NCBI GenBank assembly: GCA_041649575.1
Contig: JBAZMW010000002.1
Span: 148,487-212,486 of the forward strand
Direction of reading: 5' to 3'
Source: Patescibacteria group bacterium
Lineage (GTDB): Bacteria; Patescibacteriota; Patescibacteriia; 2-01-FULL-39-33
DNA length: 64,000 nt
This document shows, piece by piece, positions 10,016 through 20,500 of the stretch. Positions within the stretch are counted from its first letter, which is position 1; each line of letters starts with the position of its first letter. Both the position numbers and the translations under genes were made by a program. Below the pieces are notes generated by a model, which did no database searches, was not told where the DNA came from, and saw only the letters and a program-made list of their open reading frames with translations.

Positions 10016-10046
10016 GCGTCAGGCGGTTCCCGCTAGCGTAAGTATC

Positions 10047-10078
10047 CGGCAACAGCGATGTTTGCCGGTTTTTCTTTA
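10047..10078 (+). terminator. Intrinsic terminator closing high-GC cassette A
   Basis: ccggcaacagcgatgtttgccgg hairpin followed by TTTTTCTTT. Confidence 0.6.
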
Positions 10079-10123
10079 CTTGATAAAATCTCCTAATTTG
10101 TTATAATTCAGTCAAACATTTTT

Positions 10124-11941
10124 ATGACCGCCAAAGAACTCAAACAAAAATATTTAGAATTTTTTGAGCGCCACGGCCACCAGATTATTCCTGGCGCCTC
10201 ACTGATTCCGGAGAACGACCCGACGGTTTTATTTACCACGGCCGGCATGCATCCGCTCGTGCCTTATCTGCTTGGCGAAAAGCATCCCGCCGGCACACGC
10301 CTGGCCGATGTCCAAAAATGCATCAGGACCGGCGACATCGACAGCGTGGGCGACGACTGGCATCTGACTTTTTTTGAAATGCTGGGCAATTGGTCGCTGG
10401 GCGACCCCAAGGATCCCAAAGGGATCGGGGCAGGTTATTTCAAAAAAGAAGCCATTGAGATGAGTTTTGAATTTTTAACCAAAGAGTTAAATATACCTTT
10501 GGAAAAATTGGCGGTTTCTTGCTTCGCCGGCGATGATGATGCGCCAAAAGACGAAGAATCGGCGAGTGCTTGGCGTTCGCTGGGGATCAGTGACAAACGG
10601 ATTGCTTTTTTGAGTAAGGAAGATAATTGGTGGCCGGCCGGTGGCAAAATGCCCGGTCCTCAAGGCCCGGACACGGAGATGTTTTATTGGAACTCGGATG
10701 AGTCGGCGCCGGAAGATTTCGACCCACAGGACAAGCGCTGGGTGGAAATCTGGAATGATGTTTTTATGCAATATAACAAGGCCGCCGACGGCAGCTACCA
10801 GCCGCTGGTGCAACAAAATGTCGATACCGGCATGGGATTGGAGCGTACCGTTGCTATCTTAAACGGCAAAAAAAGCGTCTACGAAATCGAGCCGCTCTTA
10901 ACCGTTTGTTCGCAAGTAACGGCTTTATTCGAGAGCACCCTGGAAGAACTGGAAGCCGAACAAACCAAAGCCGTCAGAATCATTGCCGATCATTTGCGCG
11001 CCGCCGTCTTTATTTTGGCCGAGAGCGTGGCGCCCTCCAACGTTGAACGTGGCTATGTCCTGCGCCGGCTGATTCGGCGCGCTATTCGCTATGGCAAGCA
11101 ACTGGGCATCAAAGACGCTTTCACTGCCAAAGTGGCCGAAGTGGTCATCGCGCAAATGGGCGGATTTTATAAGGAACTAAGAGAACAGCGAGATTTCATT
11201 ATCGATGAATTAAACAACGAAGAAGAAAAGTTTAGCGCTACTTTAGAAAACGGCTTAAAAAAGTTTGAAAAATTAAAAATTGACGAGCAAAAAAAGATCA
11301 GCGGCCAAGATGCTTTTATTCTTTTTTCCACTTATGGTTTCCCTTTGGAGATTACCAAAGACTTGGCCACCGAGCGCGGTTGGCAAGTTGACGAAGAAAA
11401 TTTTAATCTAGAATTTGCCAAGCATCAGGACATTTCCCGAAAAGGCGCCGAGCAAAAATTCAAGGGCGGTTTGGCCGATAATAGCGAAGTGACGGCCAAG
11501 ATGCATACCGCCACGCATTTGATGTTGGCGGCTTTGCGCCGGGTGTTGGGCGATCACGTTTACCAAAAAGGTGCCAACATCACCAGCGAGCGCATTCGCT
11601 TTGATTTTTCCCATGGCGAAAAAATGACAGCAGAACAAATCAAGCAAGTGGAAGACTTGGTCAATGAACAAATTAATAAAAAGATTCCCGTGGTCTGCGA
11701 AGAAATGACGCTAGAAGAAGCCAAGGAGAGGGGAGCGATGGGAGTTTTTAAAAATAAATACGGCGAGCGGGTTAAGGTTTATACCGTCGGCGATCCCTCG
11801 GCAGGATCGGGACAGGTTTTTTCCAAAGAGATTTGCGGCGGTCCGCATGCCGCCAACACCGGTGATCTGGGCCACTTCAAAATCCAAAAAGAAGAATCCA
11901 GCTCCGCCGGAGTCAGAAGAATTAAGGCGGTTCTGGAGTGA
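10124..11941 (+). CDS. alaS: Alanine--tRNA ligase, short form lacking the C-terminal C-Ala/DHHA1 region
   Basis: N-terminus LEFFERHGHQIIPGASLIPENDPTVLFTTAGM is AlaS class II. Editing-site HTATHLMLAALR and CGGPH are present. Only 605 aa versus ~870 typical. Confidence 0.85.
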   Translation: MTAKELKQKYLEFFERHGHQIIPGASLIPENDPTVLFTTAGMHPLVPYLLGEKHPAGTRLADVQKCIRTGDIDSVGDDWHLTFFEMLGNWSLGDPKDPKGIGAGYFKKEAIEMSFEFLTKELNIPLEKLAVSCFAGDDDAPKDEESASAWRSLGISDKRIAFLSKEDNWWPAGGKMPGPQGPDTEMFYWNSDESAPEDFDPQDKRWVEIWNDVFMQYNKAADGSYQPLVQQNVDTGMGLERTVAILNGKKSVYEIEPLLTVCSQVTALFESTLEELEAEQTKAVRIIADHLRAAVFILAESVAPSNVERGYVLRRLIRRAIRYGKQLGIKDAFTAKVAEVVIAQMGGFYKELREQRDFIIDELNNEEEKFSATLENGLKKFEKLKIDEQKKISGQDAFILFSTYGFPLEITKDLATERGWQVDEENFNLEFAKHQDISRKGAEQKFKGGLADNSEVTAKMHTATHLMLAALRRVLGDHVYQKGANITSERIRFDFSHGEKMTAEQIKQVEDLVNEQINKKIPVVCEEMTLEEAKERGAMGVFKNKYGERVKVYTVGDPSAGSGQVFSKEICGGPHAANTGDLGHFKIQKEESSSAGVRRIKAVLE

Positions 11942-12009
11942 GTTTTTGGTATAATATAGAGTTCTATAAAATAAAACATTTATTTGGAAAGGCAGTGTTG
12001 CCTTTTTGT

Positions 12010-12235
12010 TTTCATTTCTGCGAGCGCATGAAAATTTAGCAACAAAACAGGCGGAGTTCGAGCGTAAATTTTAATTTGTTTGAGCAAAAGCCACCAGTAA
12101 ACTGGTGGCTTTTGCGAGTTATTAAAATTAGCGAGAACAACCCTGTTTTGTCTAAATTTTCATTTAGCTCGCGCTTTTTTCTTTTGTGTCAGCTTTTCTT
12201 TTTACTAAAAAAAGAAAAGCTGACACAAAAAAAGA
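12010..12235. repeat. MITE-like repeat family, copy 1, with TIRs and a terminal perfect hairpin
   Basis: gcgagcgcatgaaaattt (12020) and its inverse aaattttcatttagctcgcgc (12154), plus the hairpin gtgtcagcttttcttttt-actaaaa-aaagaaaagctgacac. Related copies at 22158-22430 and 24650-24842. Confidence 0.6.
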
Positions 12236-12252
12236 GTATATTTAATAAACTA

Positions 12253-12283
12253 TTGACAGAATTCTAATTATATGCTATTATAA
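12253..12283 (+). promoter_or_regulatory. Consensus-like promoter for high-GC cassette B
   Basis: TTGACA-17 nt-TATTAT, then a ~70-nt UTR and GAAGGAG before ATG 12358. Confidence 0.45.
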
Positions 12284-12357
12284 TAAGAAGTACCTTTTAC
12301 CACTGTGAGCTGGCCGACTTAGTCGGAAAACTAAGAACGAAGAAGGAGAAACACATC

Positions 12358-12714
12358 ATGAGTCAAAAGACTGGCATACTATTGCTGCTGTTGCGGCCGA
12401 AAGACGGAGCGGCCGTCTTCTTGGACTGGACCCAGAACGCCCTCTTCATGCTGGAGAGCGCGAGTGCCACAGGCGTTTCGCCGTTGGCCGAGAGGGAAGA
12501 TCTGGCCAAGTGTATGAAGGGTTACGAGCTGTGTCCCGCGCTTGGCTACGGCCTATGCGCCAGGTGCCCTATGTCAGTCACCGGCGGTGCTCTCTGTAAT
12601 TTCTGGGCTTCCCAGGGATTCGCCCGCGTGCTCGACGCGCGCACAGAAGAGGAGGCGACCTTTGCCGATCTCGATGCCATGCGCGCCGCGCTCACCGCTT
12701 CCATTACCGGCTGA
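12358..12714 (+). CDS. Hypothetical Cys-containing small protein, high-GC
   Basis: Strong SD GAAGGAG. 118 aa with LCPALGYGLCARCP. GC is far above the flanks. Confidence 0.5.
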   Translation: MSQKTGILLLLLRPKDGAAVFLDWTQNALFMLESASATGVSPLAEREDLAKCMKGYELCPALGYGLCARCPMSVTGGALCNFWASQGFARVLDARTEEEATFADLDAMRAALTASITG

Positions 12715-12729
12715 AAGGAGAACACGGAC

Positions 12730-13107
12730 ATGCCAACGGTACAAGTGGCCGCGATAAATCTGCCGGCTGGCGCCTTCCTTTTCTTCTATCCGGAACACGC
12801 CACCCCCCAGTACCTTCTGTACAAGAATATCTGGCTGGGACAGACGATGTTCAGGCAGAAGCTAAACGAAGACGAACTTCAGGCTCTCCTCGCCGCCGGT
12901 CGAAATGGGTGGGAGGAAGTGGGCGAGGTGACTCGACGAGAGTTGCAGGCCGCGGATCTCTCTGGACTGGTTCGCAATCTCAAGACCAGGTGCGTCTGGC
13001 CCGAGAATGCGACCGCGTCAATCGCTGTCAGTCCTGACTGCAGCGGACGATGCTCGGAGTGTCGCGGGTGCTATAGCGACATGGAGCCAGTCACAGTAGA
13101 GCGATAG
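12730..13107 (+). CDS. Hypothetical Cys-rich small protein, high-GC
   Basis: SD AAAGGAG and a 15-nt gap from the upstream ORF, so probably an operon. C-terminal CSGRCSECRGC cluster. Confidence 0.5.
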   Translation: MPTVQVAAINLPAGAFLFFYPEHATPQYLLYKNIWLGQTMFRQKLNEDELQALLAAGRNGWEEVGEVTRRELQAADLSGLVRNLKTRCVWPENATASIAVSPDCSGRCSECRGCYSDMEPVTVER

Positions 13108-13125
13108 TCACACTGTGGTTCGTAT

Positions 13126-13172
13126 CCGGGGGTTGTTGGTCGAGAAAGACCGGCAACCCTCTTTTTTTTTAT
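13126..13172 (+). terminator. Intrinsic terminator closing cassette B
   Basis: 12-bp GC-rich stem (gggttgttggtc / gaccggcaaccc) followed by T9. Confidence 0.65.
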
Positions 13173-13378
13173 TTAAATTTTAGAATCCCATTATTTCCTT
13201 GACATTTTTCGGTTCTTGCTTTAAAATACTTAAAGTTGTTGACAAATTAATCAAAATTGCTATAATTAGCTTGAGCTTAAAAGTTTCAAAATTTAGCTTA
13301 ATTAGTGTAAAATTCTAGGCCGACTAGAAGCTTATAAGTTGCCAAGAATTTTATTTTTATCTAAAATATTTAAGCTGC

Positions 13379-13618
13379 ATGAATCAAAAACAAGGCAATA
13401 CCCCCGATTCCAAAGATTTTTTGGAAGTCGATGGAGAAGTACTGGAGCTTTTGCCGGCCGCCAGTTTCCGGGTGAAGCTGGAAAGCGGCCCGGAAATTTT
13501 GGCCCACTTGTCAGGCAAAATGAGGATGTTTAACATCCGCATCCTGCCCGGCGATCGCGTCAAGATCCAGATGACTCCTTACGATTTGACTCGGGGCAGG
13601 ATAATCTACCGTTATTAA
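13379..13618 (+). CDS. infA: Translation initiation factor IF-1
   Basis: S1-like OB fold; [52 protein letters not shown]. Confidence 0.9.
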   Translation: MNQKQGNTPDSKDFLEVDGEVLELLPAASFRVKLESGPEILAHLSGKMRMFNIRILPGDRVKIQMTPYDLTRGRIIYRY

Positions 13619-13623
13619 AAATT

Positions 13624-13737
13624 ATGAAAGTCAGATCATCGGTAAAAAAAATCTGCAAAGATTGCAAGCTTGTCCGTCGCAAAAAACGGCTGGTTGTCAT
13701 TTGCAAAAACCCTAAACATAAACAAAGACAGGGCTAG
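13624..13737 (+). CDS. rpmJ: 50S ribosomal protein L36
   Basis: 37-aa product [37 protein letters not shown]. Below the ORF-track length cutoff, found by eye. Confidence 0.85.
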   Translation: MKVRSSVKKICKDCKLVRRKKRLVVICKNPKHKQRQG

Positions 13738-13836
13738 TGGCAGATGGCTTGTGGCATATAGCAAATAGTTAAAACTAAAAAACTATAAGCTATATACTAT
13801 ACGCTATAAGCCATTTGCTATACGCTAATAAATATT

Positions 13837-14229
13837 ATGGCTTTAAGAATTGCCGGTACAACTCTGCCAAACGACAAGCGCATCGAAGTGGGCTTGACTT
13901 ATATTTTCGGCATCGGCCGCAATTTGGCCGTCAAGATTTTGGCCGAAGCCAAAGTCAGTCCCGATATTCGCGTCAAGAACTTGAGCGAAGAGCAAGCCAA
14001 TAAGCTAAGAGTTATTGTCGAAAAGAATTATCGGGTTGAAGGTGAATTAAAAAGAGAAATTTTGGGTAATATCAAAAGATTAAAGGAAATCAAGGCTTAT
14101 CGCGGCACCCGTCATGCCAGAGGCTTGCCGGCTCGCGGCCAACGCACCAAGACCAACAATCGCACCGTGCGGGGCAATGTCAGAAAAACCATGGGTTCGG
14201 GCAAGAAACCGTCCGCTCAGAAGACTTAA
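13837..14229 (+). CDS. rpsM: 30S ribosomal protein S13
   Basis: [25 protein letters not shown] is an S13 signature. Confidence 0.9.
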   Translation: MALRIAGTTLPNDKRIEVGLTYIFGIGRNLAVKILAEAKVSPDIRVKNLSEEQANKLRVIVEKNYRVEGELKREILGNIKRLKEIKAYRGTRHARGLPARGQRTKTNNRTVRGNVRKTMGSGKKPSAQKT

Positions 14230-14241
14230 TTTATTATCAAC

Positions 14242-14712
14242 ATGACCGAAGAAACAAATCCAATCGAAGAAGCTGCTAAGAGCGCTCCTGTGGCCGAAAA
14301 AGAAAGCGCGGCTGCTGGCAAAAAAGTTATCAAGCCCAGAGCCAAAAAAACCGTCGCTTATCGCCAGGTGAGCTCCGGCCGTGTTTATGTTAAGGCCAGC
14401 TACAACAATACCATGGTGACTTTTACCGATCAGAACGGCAATGTCTTGTCCTGGTCTTCGGCGGGCCAATGCGGCTTTAAGGGTCCCAAAAAAGCTACGC
14501 CCTATGCCGCCACCATTATCGTCAAAAATTGTTTTGAAAAGGTCAAAAATTACGGTTTGAAAGAAGTGGCAGTCTTTGTTAAAGGCATTGGCGGCGGCCG
14601 GGAAGCGGCCATTCGCGCCTTAAATGCCAACGGTTTGATTGTCACCGGCATTAAGGATGTCACTCCCATTCCTCACAACGGTTGCCGTCCCAAGAAACCG
14701 CGGCGCGTCTAA
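14242..14712 (+). CDS. rpsK: 30S ribosomal protein S11
   Basis: YVKASYNNTMVTFTDQNGN..FKG.KKATPYAA is an S11 signature, with an N-terminal extension. Confidence 0.9.
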   Translation: MTEETNPIEEAAKSAPVAEKESAAAGKKVIKPRAKKTVAYRQVSSGRVYVKASYNNTMVTFTDQNGNVLSWSSAGQCGFKGPKKATPYAATIIVKNCFEKVKNYGLKEVAVFVKGIGGGREAAIRALNANGLIVTGIKDVTPIPHNGCRPKKPRRV

Positions 14713-14727
14713 TCCTATAAATTATTT

Positions 14728-15330
14728 ATGAAAAAGAGTACTCACAAAGCCTGCCGTCGTTATGGCGTTAAACTGTGCCAATCGGATAAGTGCCCGGTCA
14801 TCAGACGCAATTATCCGCCGGGCATGCATGGTCCTAAAGGCGCCAGAAAACTCACCGAATACGGCCGGCAACTGGCCGAGAAGCAAAAAGCCAAGATTGT
14901 TTATGGTTTAAGAGAGAAACAGTTTGCCAATTATTTTGACGCCGCTTTTAAGAAAGTCGGCAACACCGCCGAACTGTTGTTTAAGCTTTTGGAAAGCCGT
15001 CTGGACAACGTGGTCTATCGGTTCGGCTTTGCCAAAACCAGGACTCAAGCCAGGCAACTGGTCAGCCACGGCCACGTTGAGGTTAACGGCAAGAAAGTCG
15101 ACATCCCTTCTTTTCAAACCAAAATCGGCGATGCCATTTCCCTTAGAGAAAAAACTTTGAAAACCAACGCTTTTGCCAATTTAGCCGAAGCGCTCAAAGA
15201 CAAAGAAGTCATGTCCTGGCTTAGTTTAGACGCCAAGGAACTAAAGGGTAAAATAGTCGATCTGCCTAAATTAGGCGAAGTGGAAATGAATATCGACTGG
15301 CGCATGATTGTCGAATTTTATTCCAAATAA
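14728..15330 (+). CDS. rpsD: 30S ribosomal protein S4
   Basis: S4 N-terminal zinc-finger-like region and S4 RNA-binding domain (LESRLDNVVYRFGFA.TRTQARQLVSHGH). Confidence 0.9.
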   Translation: MKKSTHKACRRYGVKLCQSDKCPVIRRNYPPGMHGPKGARKLTEYGRQLAEKQKAKIVYGLREKQFANYFDAAFKKVGNTAELLFKLLESRLDNVVYRFGFAKTRTQARQLVSHGHVEVNGKKVDIPSFQTKIGDAISLREKTLKTNAFANLAEALKDKEVMSWLSLDAKELKGKIVDLPKLGEVEMNIDWRMIVEFYSK

Positions 15331-15388
15331 AAAGTTATTTTAAAAATATTAAAATATAAATTAATTAGCTTAAGGAGGAATAAAAATT

Positions 15389-16261
15389 ATGAAATATATT
15401 TCCTTGCCAAAGAAATTCATTGTTGAGGAAGAGGCCAGAGGCACCAAGGCGAAGATCATCATCGAGCCCTGTTATCCCGGCTACGGCTTGACTTTGGGCA
15501 ATGCCTTAAGACGGGTGATGCTGTCTTCTCTGCCGGGCGGCGCTGTCACCGCTGTTAAAATCAAGGGAGTGGGTCATGAGTTTAGCGCCATAAAAAATGT
15601 TTCCGAAGACGTTGTCGATATTATTTTGAACTTAAAGCAGTTGCGCATCAAGGTTTATGCCGATGAACCGGTGACTTTGCAGCTCAAAGCCAGGGGCGAA
15701 AAAAAGGTTACTGGCGCCGATATCGAGCCTTCTTCCGACGCCGAGGTTATTAACAAAGATTGTTTTATTGCCAGCCTCAATGATAAAGACGGCGAGCTGG
15801 AGATGGAGCTGACTGTTGCCAAGGGAGTCGGCTATGTGCCTACCGAAGAACAAGTAAAAAGCAAGGGCAAAGGCGAGATTGGTTTGATTTTGGTCGATTC
15901 TATTTTTACGCCGGTTCTTAATGTTCGTCTGAACATCGAAGCCACTCGTGTTGGTCAGCGCGTCGATTATGACAAGATTGTTTTGGAAATAGAAACAGAC
16001 GGGACCATTTCCCCAGAAGAAGCGTTGCAGAAAGCCGCCGAAATCCTGGCCAATCAGTTCAGCTGGCTGATGGAAGGCGGCAGGCAGGAATTGGTCGAAG
16101 TTGATCTGGAAGCGCCGGTGGCTTTGCCGGAAAACAAAGAAGCGGAGTTATTAAAGGAAGTCGCTTCGTCAGACGGTTTGGACGAAAGCCAAGTAGCGGC
16201 CGAGACAGAAGTTGTCGAAGACAAACCCAAAAAACGAGGTCGTCCCAAGAAAGTTGAATAA
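15389..16261 (+). CDS. rpoA: DNA-directed RNA polymerase subunit alpha
   Basis: GYGLTLGNALRRVMLSSLPGGAV is the RpoA N-terminal domain signature. AAGGAGG SD. Confidence 0.9.
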   Translation: MKYISLPKKFIVEEEARGTKAKIIIEPCYPGYGLTLGNALRRVMLSSLPGGAVTAVKIKGVGHEFSAIKNVSEDVVDIILNLKQLRIKVYADEPVTLQLKARGEKKVTGADIEPSSDAEVINKDCFIASLNDKDGELEMELTVAKGVGYVPTEEQVKSKGKGEIGLILVDSIFTPVLNVRLNIEATRVGQRVDYDKIVLEIETDGTISPEEALQKAAEILANQFSWLMEGGRQELVEVDLEAPVALPENKEAELLKEVASSDGLDESQVAAETEVVEDKPKKRGRPKKVE

Positions 16262-16270
16262 AGCGTTTTT

Positions 16271-16621
16271 ATGAAACATCAGAAAAGAGGAAAAACTTTA
16301 GGCAGAACCAGATCGGTGCGTGAAGCGTTGATGAGAAATCTAACGACCAGTTTTATAATTTATGAAAAAATAAAAACCACCAAAGCCAAAGCCAAACTAT
16401 TGAGGCCTAAAGTGGAAAAGCTGATTACTTTGTCCAAGCATGACACCCTGACCAATCGGCGACAGGCCTTAAGGGTTTTATATTTTGATAAAGCGGTCAA
16501 AAAATTGTTTGAGGTTTTGGGTCCTCGGTATCAAGAAAGAAATAGCGGCTATACCAGGATTGTCAAGTTGCCGCCGCGCAAAGGCGATGCCGCTGAAATG
16601 GCAATTTTGGAATTAGTTTAA
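16271..16621 (+). CDS. rplQ: 50S ribosomal protein L17
   Basis: MKHQKRGKTLGRT..ALMRNL....EKI.TT is an L17 signature. Confidence 0.9.
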   Translation: MKHQKRGKTLGRTRSVREALMRNLTTSFIIYEKIKTTKAKAKLLRPKVEKLITLSKHDTLTNRRQALRVLYFDKAVKKLFEVLGPRYQERNSGYTRIVKLPPRKGDAAEMAILELV

Positions 16622-16628
16622 TTCAAGT

Positions 16629-16985
16629 ATGAAAAAAATAGAAAGAAAAATTCATTCACTAGATGCCAGCGGCCGGCCGCTGGGCCGATTGGCCAGTCAG
16701 GTGGCGATGATTTTGATGGGCAAAAATCGGCCCGATTATCAGCCCCAATTGGATAACGGCGATATAGTAGAAGTTGTTAATTGCGATAAAATCAAGCTGA
16801 CCGGTAAAAAGCTGGAGCAGAAGGAATATATCTGGCATTCTCATCATCCGGGCGGCTTAAAACGCAAGAAAGTCAAATTGGTTTTGGCGGCAGATCCGGG
16901 AGAAGTCTTGCGCCGGGCGGTAGTCGGCATGTTGCCCAAAAACCGGTTGCAACGGCCGCGGCTTAAACGCCTGAAAATAAAATAA
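16629..16985 (+). CDS. rplM: 50S ribosomal protein L13
   Basis: GRLASQVAMILMGKNRPDY is an L13 signature. Confidence 0.9.
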   Translation: MKKIERKIHSLDASGRPLGRLASQVAMILMGKNRPDYQPQLDNGDIVEVVNCDKIKLTGKKLEQKEYIWHSHHPGGLKRKKVKLVLAADPGEVLRRAVVGMLPKNRLQRPRLKRLKIK

Positions 16986-16992
16986 TTTTATT

Positions 16993-17433
16993 ATGGAGAA
17001 AGAAAAAAAAGAGAAAATAGAAAAAGAAAAGAAGGTGGTTAAGAATAAGTATCTTTATGCCAAAGGCGCCAGAAAAACCTCGGTAGCCCAGGTGCGTTTG
17101 TATAGAAAGGGTAGCGGCAATTTTGAAGTTAATGGCAAAAAGTTTAATGAATATTTTAGAACCGAAAATCTGCAGAGAATTTTTTTGGCCGCTTTGACTG
17201 CCGTCAACCATCTGCAAGATATTGACCTTACTATCAAAACCCAGGGCGGCGGAATCACCTCGCAGTCGCAGGCTTGCCGACATGGCATTGCTCGCGCCTT
17301 GGTTGAACTGGATAAGGAATTGCGGCCGCTCTTAAGAGCCGAAGGCTTTTTGACCCGCGATCCGCGCGTCAAAGAAAGAAAGAAACCGGGCCTGAAGCGC
17401 GCCAGAAAAGCGCCGCAATGGAGCAAACGTTAA
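16993..17433 (+). CDS. rpsI: 30S ribosomal protein S9
   Basis: C-terminal GFLTRDPRVKERKKPGLKRARKAPQWSKR is an S9 signature. Confidence 0.9.
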   Translation: MEKEKKEKIEKEKKVVKNKYLYAKGARKTSVAQVRLYRKGSGNFEVNGKKFNEYFRTENLQRIFLAALTAVNHLQDIDLTIKTQGGGITSQSQACRHGIARALVELDKELRPLLRAEGFLTRDPRVKERKKPGLKRARKAPQWSKR

Positions 17434-17446
17434 GGGAAAATTTATC

Positions 17447-17482
17447 AGCTGGGGCCAAAATTGGCCCCAGCTTTTTTTATTA
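17447..17482 (+). terminator. Intrinsic terminator after rpsI
   Basis: agctggggccaaaattggccccagct hairpin followed by T7. Confidence 0.7.
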
Positions 17483-17520
17483 TTGTTAATCTGTTAGAAT
17501 TACTTTAGTTTTAAGCAGCT

Positions 17521-20500
17521 ATGCCAGAAAAAGGACTATCTTTAAATGCCGAGCAACAAGCCGCGGTTCTTCATGATCAAGGGCCGCTTTTAATCGTGGC
17601 TGGCGCCGGCACCGGCAAAACCACGGTGATTACCGAAAGAATAGCTTATTTGATAAAAAACAAAAATTGCCGGCCGGAGGAAATTTTGGCCCTAACCTTT
17701 ACCGACAAAGCCGCCGGTGAAATGGAGGAGAGAGTCGATCGTCTTTTGCCTTACGGTTATGTCGATTTATGGATTCACACCTTTCACGCTTTTGCCGAAA
17801 AAGTTTTACACGACCACGGCCTGGAAATTGGTCTGCCCAATGATTTTAAGCTGCTCAGTACCACCGAGCAATGGCTTTTGGTTCGTCAAAATTTGGAAAA
17901 ATTTCCACTGGATTATTACCGGCCGCTGGGCAACCCGGTCAAGTTTATCCATGCCTTGTTAAAACATTTTTCGCGCGCCAAGGACGAGAATATTTCTCCC
18001 GCAGATTATCTAAATTATGTCCAGGAATTAAAGCTTAATGCCGATGGCGCAGAATTTATTAAAACCATCATCGACGAAGAGACCAAAAAACAATTAAGCA
18101 AAAAAGAACTTAAAGAAATTTTGGCCCAGGAAATCGCCAAGCAGACAGAGGTGGCCGAAGCCTATCACAGCTATCAGCAGTTGCTTTTGGCCAACAGCGC
18201 GCTGGATTTTGGCGATCTAATCAATTACGCCCTGAAACTCTTTACCACCAGAAAGAATATTCTTTTGAAATACCGCAACCAGTTCAAATATATTTTGGTT
18301 GATGAATTTCAAGACACCAATTACGCTCAATATGAATTATTGAAGCTTTTGGTCGGGCCTCAAAGCAACCTGACGGTGGTCGGCGATGACGACCAGTCGA
18401 TTTATAAGTTTCGGGGCGCTTCCATTTCCAATATTTTACAGTTCAAAGACGATTATCCGCAGGCCAAAGAAATTTTTCTCAACCAGAATTACCGCAGTTG
18501 TCAGAATATTTTAGATTTGGCTTATCGTTTTATCAAGCAGAACGATCCTTATCGTTTGGAAGTCAAGCTGGCTGGCGCCAGACAGCTTTCCAAAAAGCTC
18601 TCGGCTCAAAAGGACGGCCAAGGGGAAATCATTCATCTCCATGGCCGCCAGTTGGCCGACGAAGTGAAACTGGTGGTGGAAAAAATAATCAAGCTTTATA
18701 ACAACTCTCAAGCCGTCTCCTGGTCGGACTTCGCCGTTCTGGTTCGAGCCAATTCCAGCGCCGATGATTTTTGCTACGCTCTGGAAATGGCTGGCGTTCC
18801 TTTTAATTTTGTCGCTTCCAAGGGCCTCTATTCCAAGGCGGTGGTTTTGGATCTTTTGGCATACCTGAAACTATTGGACAATTATCACGAGGGGCCGGCT
18901 ATGTATCGCTTTTTGACGTTGCCGGTTTGGCAGATAAGTCAGAGCGATATCGTCAACTTGAATTATTGGGCCAAGAGGAAAGGCCAGTCGCTTTATGAGA
19001 CTCTCAAGCAGTCGGCGGCTCTAAACAATTTTACCCCAGATTTCCAGAGGCAGATTGGTCAGCTTTTGGCGGTGCTGGAGAAGCACGCCCAGCTGGTCAG
19101 AGAAAACAAAAAAACCACCGAAATTGTCCAAGCTTTTCTGGGCGACACCGGATATCTGAAGCAGCTTTCGGCCACGGATTCTCTGGCCAGTCGCGAACAG
19201 CTCGGCTATCTCAATCAGTTCTATAAAAAAATCCAAAATTTTGAACAGACTAGCGCCCACAACTCGGTTAAAGATTTTTTGTCTCTGGTGGAGCTGGAGC
19301 TGGAAGCTGGCGAAGAGGGGAGTTTGGAGGTCAACCTGGAGGAAGAAGGCCCCGATACCGTGAAAATCATGACCATTCATGCCGCCAAAGGCTTGGAATT
19401 CAAATATGTTTTTATCTCTAATTTGGTTGACAAGCGTCTGCCGACAATCGAGAGAAAAGACCCGATAGAATTGCCGGACAAGCTGGTCAAAGAAATTATT
19501 CCCGAGGGCGATATTCATTTACAGGAAGAGAGACGGCTGATGTATGTGGCCATGACTCGCGCCAAAGACGGTCTGTACCTGACTTCGGCCGCTGATTATG
19601 GCGGCGTCAGAAAAAAGAAACTCTCTCGTTTTCTGACGGAGCTTGCCGATTTGGGTTTGCCGCTGGCGGCCGAAATCAAAGCCGAGAGAGTCGGCGATTT
19701 GTCGGCCCGCCGACCTGCTCTAAGCGATAAGACCAGAGAAAAGGCCCCCGGCTTTTTACCCAGTAAATTCTCTTTTACCCAACTCAAGGCTTTTGAGAGC
19801 TGCCCTTATCAATATCGCTTCGCCCATGTCTTGAAGATCCCAGTCAAAGGCAAGGCCCAATTTTCTTTTGGCAAAAGCATGCACGGAACTTTGCAGAAAT
19901 TTTTTCTGTTGCTTAAGACCAAGCAAAACAAACGCCAGGGTGATTTGTTCGGCGCTAAAGATGGCAGTTCTGTCGAGGCCAGCGAAGCCGAGCTCTTAAA
20001 GATTTATCAAGAGACTTTTATCGACGATTGGTATGCCAGCAGAAAGGAGCGTGACGAATATTTTGCCAAAGGCCAGAGGGCGCTTAAAGGATTTTTTGCC
20101 CTGCACCAGCTCAACTGGCCAAGGGTGGCGGCGCTGGAACAGTCTTTTAATTTTAAGATTGCCGACGGCGGCGTTTATACTCTTTACGGTTTTATGGATC
20201 GTCTCGACGAGGTCGAGGGCGGCCTAAGAATCGTCGATTATAAAACCGGCCAGGCCAAAACCAAACTCTCCCCGGAAGACAAGGAACAGCTTTTGATTTA
20301 TCAGCTGGCGGCCGAAAAGGTGCTGGCCGAAAAAGTCAAAGAGTTGGTTTTCTATTATCTCGATGAAAACAAAGCGGTTTCTTTTTTGGGCGACGATAAA
20401 GAGCTGGCCGCTCTAAGGAAAAAAATCATGGCCATCATAGATGAGATCAAAAAAGGGGAATTCCCGCCCAAGCCGGGAGAAATCTGCAAGTATTGTGATT

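Noticed and set aside
12076-12267. 63-aa ORF spanning the repeat-element hairpins
   Set aside because: It lies entirely within palindromic repeat and terminator sequence, has low-complexity content and no RBS.
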